Shown: piece by piece, positions 10,800-22,754 of the stretch
How the letters are laid out: the number at the start of each line of letters is the position of its first letter
Numbering within the stretch: the first letter of the stretch is position 1
Source of the DNA: Blasia pusilla
Taxonomy: Eukaryota
Assembly: GCA_050084515.1 (NCBI GenBank)
Contig: CM114271.1
Coordinates: forward strand, 36,952,001 to 37,016,000
DNA length: 64,000 bases
Direction: 5' to 3'
Program-made: the position numbers and the translations under genes
Notes under the pieces: generated by a model
The model's input: only the letters and a program-made list of their open reading frames with translations
Told to the model about the DNA's origin: nothing
The model's database searches: none

Positions 10800-12950
10800 G
10801 CTCTTTGAGTTTACATGCGTTGGTAGGAACACACTAAAGGAGAAGCATAGAGGACTCCTCTAGCATGGTAAGTTCTAACCTACCACAACTTTCAACTCTC
10901 TTTACGTGCTTCTTAGAAACCTACGAGAGTTAAACACCACATGGTAAGAAAATTGTGAGGAGTACTACACCTCACAATGAACTTCCACATCTTCAAGCCT
11001 TCTCATTGGCTCTAGAATGGACTATTATGAGCTAAGACTATGTAGTCTTTTGCTCGGCTGAGCGCCCTCTTTCAAAGGACTTTTTGATTTCGACTTAACT
11101 TGATACTCAACAAATTGGACAGGTTTCTTGAAGCCGCTATCCAACTCAATAATGGGATGGCTATGTGGTTTTGTGGAAGGTATAGAATCCCTCTTAGTAT
11201 CTCCAAAAGATGGCTCGCTTTCATAACAAAGGTTGCATGTAAATGGACAGGCCGCTCGGGTACTCGCGGCTCGCCTCTGAGCCCATCGAGTAGACCCAGG
11301 TAGGCCGAGCCCAAACCCATTTTGTGCCCATGCAGAGCCTGCAGCATGCCCTCAATCCGCCATGGGGGCATGCCACAAGCTCCACGAGGGCCACAAAATG
11401 GGTGCGGGCTAGGCTCCCCGGGTCTACACGACGGGCTTGGCAGGCTCAGGGGTGGGCTCGAACGCGGGCCGTGGGTACCCAAGCCCACACCAAGATGTTT
11501 GTCTCTAAGACGGACATTAGTCCTTGGACATGGACATGTCCACAAACACAAACTTTGCTCAAGTGCAACCCTATTCATAACCCAACCTGGTTCCACACTC
11601 TTGTTTGGGCTTGCTTTCGACCTTGGAACTCGAGTGACACCTAATCGAACTGCTTGGTGCAATCAGAGACCACGATGGTCTTTAAGGTGTAATATCCTTA
11701 GGCGTAACTCCATAGTGTTTCTTAGAACTGGATGGGTAAGCTTCCTTTTTCACAATCGCCTTTCATGTGGCTTGTGTTGACTTCATAGCCGTACGTCTGA
11801 GTTATACTTTACCTTTCTTCCGCTTTGTACAATGAGGAAAGTTGTCAGTAGTCTAATAACTTGCATTGCAACCTAATGTGGGGTGGGGGTCACTCTTAGG
11901 TGAATATGAGGGCTAGTGGGCTGTCATATTTACCTTTCAAATCACCCAAGTGCCGATAGCATTCCACACTAAATCCAAGGACTCACCAACTAAGAGTGTC
12001 CCCAGCTTACGCTTGCATACTATTCAAAGATTGGGACTGCCCCACCCTACAAGAGCATTTTCACTCAAGCGCGGATAGCGCCCCCATTGTGCAGACATAT
12101 ACTGAGCCAAGAGTCTAGAGGGCTACCACCCCGCAACAGAAAACTCAACATTATAGATCGCCACTACCCAGCAAAACTAAAGCTTGCGAAAACACAACTG
12201 TGAACGGAGAGCAGCAAGAGAGTATTTTCGCTCCTACTCATAAGACCCTAAGTGAGACCTGATGCCAAAAGAGATAGCCAAATTCCAGGAAAACTCGTTT
12301 AGCATTGAGAGAGACCCCAACACCGAGCCTAATCAGCCTAGCCCAAGAGGACGGCCGAAACGCTCGAAGGGAGGGAGCTCTATACAAAAATCCATGAGCA
12401 AGAGAGTCCTGAGAGGATGTAGCGTGAGAGACAGCTTAGGCCGTAGAGTACGCCCCATATGGGCACAAGGGAAAGCCGAGAGCGATGGGCTCTTGTGCCT
12501 CAGCACAAAGCTCAGGCACAAGAGAAAGATGAGAGTGAAAAGCTCTCGGGGCGTAGAGCTGCCGTGCACATAGAGCACGAAGGCCGTTGAGAGGGCAAGA
12601 GACGCGAGCGAGAGAGCAGGAAGATCTCTCCGAGAGAGAGGAAAGTTGAGAGGAGTAGGGAGTCGCCAGTGAGGAGGGCGAAAATGAGGTTGGCTCGGGG
12701 CTAGCCCGACCTCCTCATTCCCTGCTCAGAGCGGCGAATGCGCAGGAAGGCCGAGATCGGATGACCTGATCTCGGCCATCGTGATCGAACGGCTAATAGC
12801 AAGAGGCTCAGGGTGAGATTGGACCCTCCGATCTTGCAACCCTAGATCTAACGATTAGGGCTACATCTGCTTAGTGCTTCCCCATCTGGCTGACCTAGAT
12901 CGCACGTCGCAGATTGAAAAGATCTGACGATGCAAATGCTCCTTTACTTT
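10800..12950 (-). mobile_element. probable LINE 5' region (GC-rich UTR plus decayed ORF1)
   Basis: Minus-strand fragments such as 'QSLNSMQA*AGDTL..LGFSVECYRHLG' loosely resemble plant L1 ORF1. There is a GC-rich, hairpin-containing block at 12.2-12.95 kb. Weak evidence. Confidence 0.3.
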
Positions 12951-13325
12951 TTTTACCCTTTTTCATTTTTTCCTAATTTTTTTTCCATGCTTTATGTTTT
13001 TCCCTTTTTTTTCTTCTTAATTTTTTACTCATTTTCCCATCTCTTTTCCCCATATTTACCTTTTCATTTCCTCTTCCCCTTCTAATTTTTTTCTCTCCTT
13101 TTTTACCCTTTTCTTAAATTTTCCTTTATTTCCCCTTTTAAAAATTTTACTCTACCCATAAAAATTTCTGTCAATTTTTTTTTCCATTTTTTCCTTCTCT
13201 TTTCCCCATCATTTCCTTCTTCTTTTTTTCCCTTTTTTTTTTCTCTTCTAATTTTTTCCCCACAAATTTCCCTTTTTAAAATTTTTACTCTACCACACAA
13301 AAAATTCTAACCAATTCTCTCTTCA
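12940..13325. repeat. T/C-rich low-complexity tract
   Basis: Runs of T and C with repeated 'ttttccc..ttttaaaaattttactctacc' units. Confidence 0.8.
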
Positions 13326-14199
13326 TGTGTATAGCAGATATCTTATGTGTCCACGAAATGGTTGGTGGGATGGAGAATTGTGCACTTCGTGATATCACAA
13401 ATTTACCTCTTAGCTTGCGGCGTGTAGAAGTACCTCCTATTCCAGTGATTCTAATATCACAACATATGATGCCCAAGTTTATGTAATCTCTTTTTGTCGC
13501 TATGCTTTAGTGAGGGTGTTGCATTGCAAAATTTTCTATGTATTTAACTATATGTTGGCCTTATTGTACAGACTTCCTCTTCTAGAAAATCCTACAGATT
13601 TAGGCAATTATCGAAAAGTACTACGCGTCGAGGCCCAAAAAATGAAATCGAGCAATTTGTGCTCAAAAGTTAGGAGATCAAAGAAAAAGATGATCATCTC
13701 CTCATCTCATTCAATCATCTCCCACATATGTTTTTCCTAGGTAGGACCCATATATTGATATATTTCTAATCCTTTCTAGCCTTTTTTTAGCCTACTCAAC
13801 CTAATTCGTGGTGTTTCAAACTAACTTTCTTGCATGCAAACTTGTTACACATACTTCTTATTCCATCAAATCCAATCTCTTTTCGTGACTTCTGAAAGGT
13901 ATTAGGTGGGGAGGCACAAAAACGAAATGACTTCTATGTGCCAAGACCTTAGCACTGAAAAAACCAAAACAAAAAAAATCTATCATAGAGATTACAAAAG
14001 AAGTAGGGAAGTTCAAGAAGGAAGGTGTCACAACCTCTGTGATAATCTACCCGCTATGCTAGACCAAATTTCTTCCTCCATGATTAATAATAAAACAAGG
14101 TATGTAGCTTCTCATGTTTTCTCTTTCATACATACGCTAATTCGAATGTTCCAATGAAATTTAGATGATAGAATTCTAACTTTTTGTTTGCAGGCCTCT

Positions 14200-14640
14200 G
14201 ATCCATGATGGGATTACAAATATTCCCAATGTAACATGTAACATTCTTATTGTGGAGGATATATGTGTACGTCAAGATGGTTAACCTATGAATAATGCTA
14301 TGGCTATTATGGAGGACATATATGTCCATATGATGACGACGTTATAAAAAATATCCCCACACTTCATGCATTTTAGGTATCTACTCATGTAACGCCTATA
14401 GTCGTCAAGCAAGTATCTTCTGCATGTCATGGATTAAATCTCCCAACGGAGAGTGCTCATTCACCGATTCATAATGTAACATGTACTATTCCTTCTATAG
14501 AGGATATATGTGTACCTCAAGATGGTCAACCTATGAATAATGCTACTCCTTTTATGAAGGAAATTTCTATTCAATACGAGCACGACGTTATCAATAATAT
14601 CCCAACTAAGTGTGCTCAATCACCAATTCATAATGTTAGA
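14200..14640 (+). repeat. degenerate direct repeats upstream of the Helitron RepHel relic
   Basis: 'aatgtaacatgta..gaggatatatgtgtac.tcaagatggt.aacctatgaataatgcta' occurs at about 14227 and about 14473. 'gtgctca.tcacc.attcataatgt' occurs at about 14453 and about 14612. Confidence 0.65.
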
Positions 14641-14749
14641 CGAGTTTCAAGAGTCAACATGTCACTCAATGTTGCAAGAATTCGGAACTTGCAGGAGAGC
14701 GATGTAATGAGCTTAAGATTTCGAGGAAGTCTCAACCAAGTAATTAGTT

Positions 14750-16075
14750 GTCTCACTATTGGTTCTATGATAGAAATATGTCCTTCATTCTATGCTCTAC
14801 ATTGGAAGTGTGAAAAGATGAAAAGTACAAAGTATCATTCTTATCTTTTGGAATATGTTGAAATCATGGAAAATTACAACTCCCATTCTTAAGGTGTTTT
14901 CCTCCATTCTTGAAATTGTTCATTTTCTTTCACACACTATTCAAGGTGAAATTTATCTTAGCATTGGCCCATTGCATCTGATGAGGGGAGTAATCCCCAA
15001 TTTGCTCAAATAGACATCCATGATACTGAAAATGAATTGGAACCACCAATATTCCTTCTATAATGGATGGAGACATGGAAGGATTGAATGATTGCATAGA
15101 GGAAGAAAGAATCGATGATGAGATTCCTCAGGAGGGAAGGAGAAAAACTATTATTGCGCATGCGTTATAAATTGCATCTTTTTTACTTCAAACCCGTGTT
15201 GGTGCCGAGGATGAAATTCTTTTGCTTCGGTTTGGTCATCTTGCTCAAGAGTACATGGTTGATATTTATGCCACAATAGAGATGTAACGACTATCTTAGT
15301 TTCGCTTAAATCTAAAAGAGTTGTGAGTTGAATTATATCAAGGTCTAAGGCATGTCATGTATCAAAGTGTCAAAGATGTTGCAAGGTTTGGGAAGCGTAT
15401 TGTATTACCTTCTTCTTTTAGTCAAGGCCCCCGCCATATGCATCAAATTTATTAAGATACAATAGCCATTGTGAGGCACCTCGGGAAACACCTTGGATGA
15501 TAATCCTATGTTATGTACTCTCTTTGATTTTCATATAAATTTGGAGATCACGAATACAATTTTTGTTGTGAAATACTTATATAAATATGTATATAAGGGA
15601 TCAGATGTGATATCATTTGAGGTTTCAAATGCTGCATTGAAGAAAATGGTTTTCTGGTAAATCTGTTTGCATTTGCCATAATGTACTTATAAATTACGTA
15701 GATTTTCAAGCATCCATTTGATCATTGCAATGTTTGGTATATTAAGCAAATACCTTTAAGTTGTGATAGGTGAAGAAATGACGTTGATTGCGGTTGCTAC
15801 TTCATCATATTCGAGGCGCAACTACGTATAAATTCTTGAGAACTGTGTATGGAGTGTTGTATCTAATCTTTAAGGAGGTAATGATTTATATGGTGCTTCT
15901 TGAGGATGATAGGGAAGTGTTCTCATGTTTTGAAGAAGCATCTAAAATCCGCACAGGTCGTACACTCTGTCAAATCTTTGCTATTATTCTCAATCATAAC
16001 ACATCAACTTGACTTGCTCAACTATGGAGTCAATTTTTGATCCCACTCATAGAGTATATCTTATATGAACTATGT
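14750..16075 (+). mobile_element. Helitron Rep/Helicase (RepHel) pseudogene fragments
   Basis: Helitron motifs in the expected order: CPSFYALHWKCEK..GKLQLP; PQFAQIDIHDTENE; GHLAQEYMVDIYATIE..ELYQGL; GKRIVLPSSFSQGPRHMHQIY*DTIAIVRHLGK; HINLE..VKYLYKYVYKGSD (Rep motif 3); LRLLLHHIRGATTYKFLRTVYG..LLEDDRE. Stops and large deletions are present, and I did not see the helicase core. Confidence 0.9.
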
Positions 16076-17078
16076 TAGGTAATTACTTATCCTATTTTGA
16101 ATGTAAAAAATTCATATGAAATATTTGGCTATTTATGTATGAAAATCGCCATACCAAAGACAACGCCTCCCTCAGTATTGTCGCAAGTTTAGTCAAGAAC
16201 TCGAATTGAACAATTTGGGAGGACTATGGAGGAGGACTATGGCGGAGGAGATGGAGGGACGATTAGAATTTTGCTTGTAACTATTTCCATTGTGATCTGA
16301 TCTTTTCAATCTAAGGCCCAGCGTATTCATCTTCTCAAGCTTGAACTTTGGGGTCTTCTTTTTTCCACTTAAGATGGATTTTTCCAAAGTTCTTGGGATC
16401 TTTGGACCTCCTTCTCTCCTAAATGTGCTTATAGATTTCTAAACACATTTTCACATATAGCGCTCTTCTTATAGAGTGATATCGGGTTACCATCGGTTTA
16501 AGGGATTCCTCTTGCTTTTCTCGATCTTTTGATACGGGCTAGGCCCAACATTACGCACTCATTCCCTCATAGCAATCATCGCAAGGTGACTCACTTTCTC
16601 CTCACATCCTCTTTTTTGGTATTTCCAAAAACTTTTCATAACTTTCTCATGGATTGTCGGTTTTGGACGTGTTGGATCTTGTTTTGATCATCTTGGCGAG
16701 CTTCTTTTCATACCAAGTAGGTTTTTCTAGTTTTTCTTCCTTCTCTGTAGGTGCCTATTTTTGTGTACGGGTTTGTTTTAGGTCAATTCCTCTCAAACAT
16801 CTTCCTTGCTCTTTTAACTCTTTACCTTACTGTTTCGCCCCTACATACGTTTGCTACCTCCTTAAGGACATTAGAAATTCATATTCTTGAGCCACTTCTT
16901 CCAATCCCATATAGATCACTTTTCTTCTTCAATTTATTTTTATATTTCTTAAATTAACTTTCAATCATAAATTCGTTATTGCCTAATCTTATTCTCTCCA
17001 TCTAAATTTCTTTCGGACGAATTAGACTACCTTTTTTTTATTCGTTATCCTCATGCTTTTCTCCAAACAACGTTTTAT

Positions 17079-20000
17079 ATGTCTTCCCTTGTCTTTGATG
17101 ACTTGCCTACCTTTGCTTCTATGGCATTAGAGATGGAGTTGGATTCCCCATTTACTTGCTTCTCTGGTTTTACACGCCCTCCTACAACCGTAACGTCTCC
17201 CCCTAGTTCACCTCTTCATCGTAGATCTCGCTATTTTCCTCCAGATACTAATGCATCTATTACACTCGCTACATTTCTTCCATATTCTCCTCTTCTCCCC
17301 TCTTCTTCTCGTCCTATTGAGCCTAATCTTGATCCATTATTACCGAATCCTACTACTTTTCCATCCTCACATATCTAAATTGTGCCCTTGCTTCCAACTC
17401 CCATCTATTCTACCCTTATCTCCCGTCTTCCTTCTCCTCCTTCCCCAACCTACTTACCCCCTCATCATTGTCCATCGCTATCTCTTGCACCTCCCACCTC
17501 TTCTCCTTGTAACCCTTATACTTCTGCATTTGTATCAAAGATTCGTTGCATACCTTGTGGGTAAGGATTTTACTCCTAGTGGGATCAAAAGACAACAATT
17601 GTACTCTCGATCCATGCATGGGCCTTCAATCCCTAACCGCAAACCACCTCCTACTGCACTGCCCACAACAACTGCTTGGATCTGGTTAAGCCAAATTGAT
17701 CTCCTTCGCTCTTTCCATCCAAGTCTCCCTCGTCCTTGACTCTACACTTGCATTCCTATTGCTCTTCGCCCCATCACCCAACAAGATTTGCTTTTCCCAT
17801 GAGAAAGGTTAGCGCTTGATCCCAAAGATATCAATGATTGGTATCTCTTATTCTCTTCCCACATTGGGTTTTCGTCCTTCCTCTAAGGGGTGGTGCGACG
17901 GGTCATCGTGAAACCCCACACTATTCAATGTTTTATATTTGGGGATTGGGAGTATCTTTAGAATAAGCATGTTCTTTGAGCAGAGGCCTTAGCTGCTGCT
18001 CATCCCACTCAACATGCCAATCATGGGAGGCCTTCAATACAACACCGCTTTTGACTCAGTCTACTTTTGGGGCAGGTTGGTGAGTTTTCATGTGCGGCTC
18101 GAGCATTGGGTCCTCTCTCTCCGACAGTTCCAAGTGCAGACACACTTGCTCTCTTAGAAGCTCTTCATCCTCCTTCAAGTGGTGATGCACCACCTTTTGT
18201 GGAAGACTATACAACTGATCTTGACTTGGAGGTTTTCACAAGAGATTTTCTTCATACTCCTCGCTTATCAGCAAGCGCGCTATCAAGGATGGTTTTTTAG
18301 AATATCCACGATTGCTTTATCCCGGCAGATTCAGCAAGTGGCTTTGTCTCTCTATATAAGGTGTGAGCACGTATTGTGGCACGTCGTCTCCCATTCTCTA
18401 TCTCTAGGCTCTTAGGGGCTTGTCGTTTGTTGGATATGGATAAGCCTCCTTCAGGTGTCCACCCTTTGGCCATTCGAGAGGTTTTATACCGCTTGGTTAG
18501 TCAATCCCTATGCTTGCAATTTCGTCCCCACTTTAGTGCCCACTTACTTCCTCATCAATTTGGAGTGGCAACTCCTAGTGGTTGTGAGGTTGTGGTGCAT
18601 GGGATTCGCTCTACTCTTGATATTCATCCAGAATGGATAGCAATTCAACTTGATGTGGCTAACGCATTCGATTCAGTTCCTCGTGCGGCCATCTTTGAAG
18701 AGTTACATTGTGCAAGAGGACAACTTGGGAGTCTCATTCCATTTGTTTGCTCCTTCTATGCTTATGATACGCCCATTATCTATTCTCATCATGCTACTTC
18801 CGAGGAATATAGTATTCTCCAATCGGCTTGGGGCACGCATCAAGCTGATCCCATGGATGGCCCCTCTTTGCCATTGCCTATTTTCGTGCCCTCTGAGCAT
18901 CAGCACAAGCATTTCCATCTTCTCTTTTTCCTTCTATCGTTGATGACACTCACATTATAGATCCTCTTTCTAAAGTGGTTCCTAGTTCAACCCATTTTTG
19001 GAGCAACTCTCTTTCTTAAACCTTAAAGTCCAATCTAGTAAATGTGGAGTATGGTCTCCTTCATGCCTTCCCTTAACATTCACCCCGCCTACTCTTCATT
19101 TTCCCATATGCATTGAAGGGGTTAGGATTCTTGGGGTTCTAATTGGCTTCATCGACTATCTCAAAGTTCTTGGATGAGGCTCTTTTGAAAGACGTGGAAT
19201 GACTTCATTTGTTACCTCATGTAGGGGATCCCCAAGTAGCTTATGGGATTCTCTCCCAATTTTTTCTAGGACATCCTTCCTACCTTCTTCGCACTTGTCC
19301 TCCCACTTCAAGGTTCTTACATCGGTTGGCCTCTTTTGACGCTTCTATCTTGGCAACTTTTGGTCAACTTCTTGGCCCGAATGCATTTGAGGGTGAGGAT
19401 GCTGTCTTGGCTTCACGAGAAGCTATCTTGCCTATTTCATTTGGAGGGGTAGGACTTTCCTCCACAGTCGCATCTGCTCCCGCAACCTTTTTGGGGAGTT
19501 GGGCGTTGGTAGCACCGATTATGGCTTCAAGGTTTCTCCAAGTAAATGCACCTATCTTGATGGATCATATCGCCCATGCAGAGGACGGGGACCAGTTATT
19601 TCAACAACAAGTGAGATTTTCCCGAGCTCTTTTTCCTCTTGCTACACAAGCAATTCTACCCCCTTTCAGTCAATTGATTACGGAAGTGGTTGATCGACTT
19701 CAAGAGGATATCTCCGAGAATTTGCATCAGATCAACTTTTCCAGCATTCTCTCTAAGGCATCCTTTGATGCTTATCAAGCTCGTCTGCGTTCACGTGCAA
19801 GTACCGAAGCGCGGATGTGGCTTACTACAAATCCTCTTATTCTTCCATTTCGTCTTGCTCGAAGTATATTCTCGACAATTTTACGGTTACACCTTGGACT
19901 TCCCCATCCTTCTGTATTAAGTGTGCCGAATTGTATATGCGGGGATCCCATTGATGCCAAGGGCATCCATATTCTCTGATGTGCACATATTGGAGAACAA

Positions 20001-20650
20001 ACGGCCACACATGATGTGATTAAAGAGGCGGTAGCATCGGTGGCTCGTACTACAGGATACACTGTTGGGCAAGAGCATCTCCACGTCCTACCTTCAACCA
20101 CACAAGCAACCTCTCGTCGAAGAATTTATTTTGTTATTTCTCGAGGTGGATTCTAGACACTAGGTGATGTGGTGGTTGCTGATCCAACACGTTCTGACTT
20201 GGTGTGTCGAGCTACACATACCAAAGGTTCGGCGACCGAAGTTGCAGTAAGAATCGAAGAGTTTAGCTATGCTATGAGACATACGACTGATGGATTTATT
20301 TTGCAGTGGAAGTATTCGATCATTTACGTGTGTCTTTTGATACTTTCCTCAAAACTTGTGCTCACCACTCCCTTGAGAATCATCACCTTGATCCTTCCCG
20401 TAGTCCTTCTCACTCTGTAGTTACTACTCATTTTCGAGAATGCATCTCAGTGGCCTTACAACATGCACAAGCCTTGGCATTGATACATCGTGCGGAGGTG
20501 GTGGGTGGAGGGTCGCTCGCCTTGTCGTCTGTTCACGTCTCACCAACCACTAATGTCCTTGTCATATTTGTTTCACGCTATCAATGGCGAAACTCATTGA
20601 ACATTATTTCCTTTTCTTATCCTCTTTTTAAGATCATATTTGTAATGAAA
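17079..20650 (+). mobile_element. degenerate CRE-like non-LTR retrotransposon (RT, CCHC finger, restriction-like endonuclease)
   Basis: RT motifs: GVHPLAIREVLYRLVS, PHQFGVATPSGCE, LDVANAFDSVPR, GTHQADPM, SIVDDTH (18933-18953), GVRILGV, LPISFGGVGL. C-terminal CICGDPIDAKGIHIL*C plus ATHD, and RLE-type 'RRIYFVI..TLGDVVVADP'. No APE domain and no LTRs. Many stops and frameshifts. The 5' UTR may extend to about 16.2 kb. Confidence 0.85.
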
Positions 20651-22754
20651 TGATTATCTAATATCTAAGCTCATGATTCGAAGGTTAGTTCAAAACAACC
20701 TTACCATCCCAACTGGATCGAATCAAGTATGCACGTTGGATCTTTGTAGTTCGAACAGATGTGCGACTTTTTCACCGGAGATTGGTTATGTCTATTGCGC
20801 AGCCCATTGTATGTACTTACTACTCTGATTGGTGCGTCGCAGTTTCGTTGCTGTTGCGTAGCGTATCCGCCGACATCGCCGGTCGACCTGAAGGCGTATT
20901 CGTCTGGACCGTACTGCTGCTGGAAGATTGCGCCAACTGCTGCCGAGATGGTGGTGAAGAGGGTGCTGCTGGAGCGCAGGTGGTGGAGAACGAGGAGTTA
21001 TTGGAGTGCCGGGAGGAAGAGGGTGGCGCCGCAGGATCAGGAAACTGACACCGAGATTCCCGAGTTGTTATGTTTCCCAGGTGGAGAAAAGAGTCAGGGT
21101 TGAGAGGGCTGCTTCGGAGGGAACACACGAAGGCACGAGAATTGATGGCACAGAGTTGCGTGACGTTGTTTCGATCTTGAGAGCGGGAATCGAGAGAATC
21201 CCGCCCTCATGCCGTGGACCGATTTGCGTCCGAATTTGCCATGTTTCTCGGTGTTTAACATGAACAACCGCTGTCGCCAACGCTCATCGTGCCTTCGATA
21301 GTTCAGCGCGAGGGAAAATCCGTACACGCACTTCTTTCTTGCGGACTTGGCGTCGGTGACACTGCTCCGCCGCCGCGCAGCTTAAGGTACAACTGTGAAA
21401 TCGTGCAACAACAATCTCAGGTATGAGGTCGATGTTGAGGACCAATCTCGTAAGCCTCGTCCAGACAGGCAGGCGAATTCGTACTCCATGTTCAAATTCA
21501 AAACACCCGAGGAGGATCGACTGAACAGTCACAAAGAATCAGATGAAACCCCGACCTCAACAGACGATGAAGGACTCGCACATGCGAAACAGTAGACGAC
21601 CACTTCGCGACAATATCTAACCGATAGGGAACAAGAAGAGTGTCCCTCCATGGAGTAATGGGAGAGATAGCTCATCAACTCTTTCATGTGAAGGTTGCTA
21701 CTGCCTATTTTGGTAGGTAGCTATGTCACCTCCAAACTTATTCCGTTATCTATCTTGACCTACGAGTGGTCACGGGGCATGGAAGCCACCACAAGAATGG
21801 ACCTACAATATTGACAGCAAAATTGATTATCTTGTACAGTTGTTGAAGTTCTGTCTGCACACGACATGAGGCTCCTCCTATCTTCAAATCGGATGTATAA
21901 ATTTGGGGAACTGCACGGGTTTACTTCCTACCCAGCAGACCAATCCACGTTGATGCTTGATTCTTCCCCTCCTGCTCCCAAAACGACTAAAATTTGTTGG
22001 CTTATATTTTAACCAGAGGCGGTGACTTTCTCTCTTGTGTCCGGACCTCCGTCGTTCTGCTCACGTCAACAATCCGCATTTTGGGACCAATTCCGAATTT
22101 GCCATATCACGTTTGGGTCCCATGACTTGGTTTCTTTGCCCACCAAACTGCACAAAGTACAGGAGATTGGCATATTAAAGCACACTAATCTGATAACACT
22201 GTCAACTAGCTTGATGATTTTTTGCTCTATTCGTCACCGGTCAAAGAGTGCAAAAAAACTGATCATGATAGCTCCAAGCACATATTTAACAATAGAAGCA
22301 CTAGATTGGACGATGAACGTAGAGTCACCTGCGTCACGTCTTGTCCAAAACGTTCATGGTTAACCTGTGTCCACAAATCTGTGCCTGAATACCAGCAGAT
22401 GTATTTCTAACTATGACCACCTATTCGTACAAAACTTCTTAACCTTCTCAGTGGCAACAATAATTCTGGATGTATGAAATACGCATTTTTTACCTACTAA
22501 AATTGTACTTCCACAGGAGGGGATGTTTCATTCAAGACTCAGCAATCCTGGGACATCACCAACAGCCACTTGACAAGAGTGAGATTGATGACTAGAGTAC
22601 ACATTATGCTTCCCAAATATGATGAAATATACATACTTAGTTGCATAACCATAAACCAGTTGGGAACAATCCTCTCTATCTGAGTTTGAACGTCAAGTAA
22701 TTTGGATCAATCAATCCACACATGAGATCTCACCAGTGTCCCAGACAACTACTT

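Noticed and set aside
11072..11780. Overlapping 150-200-aa ORFs on both strands
   Set aside because: GC-rich decayed repeat sequence with no protein family signal.
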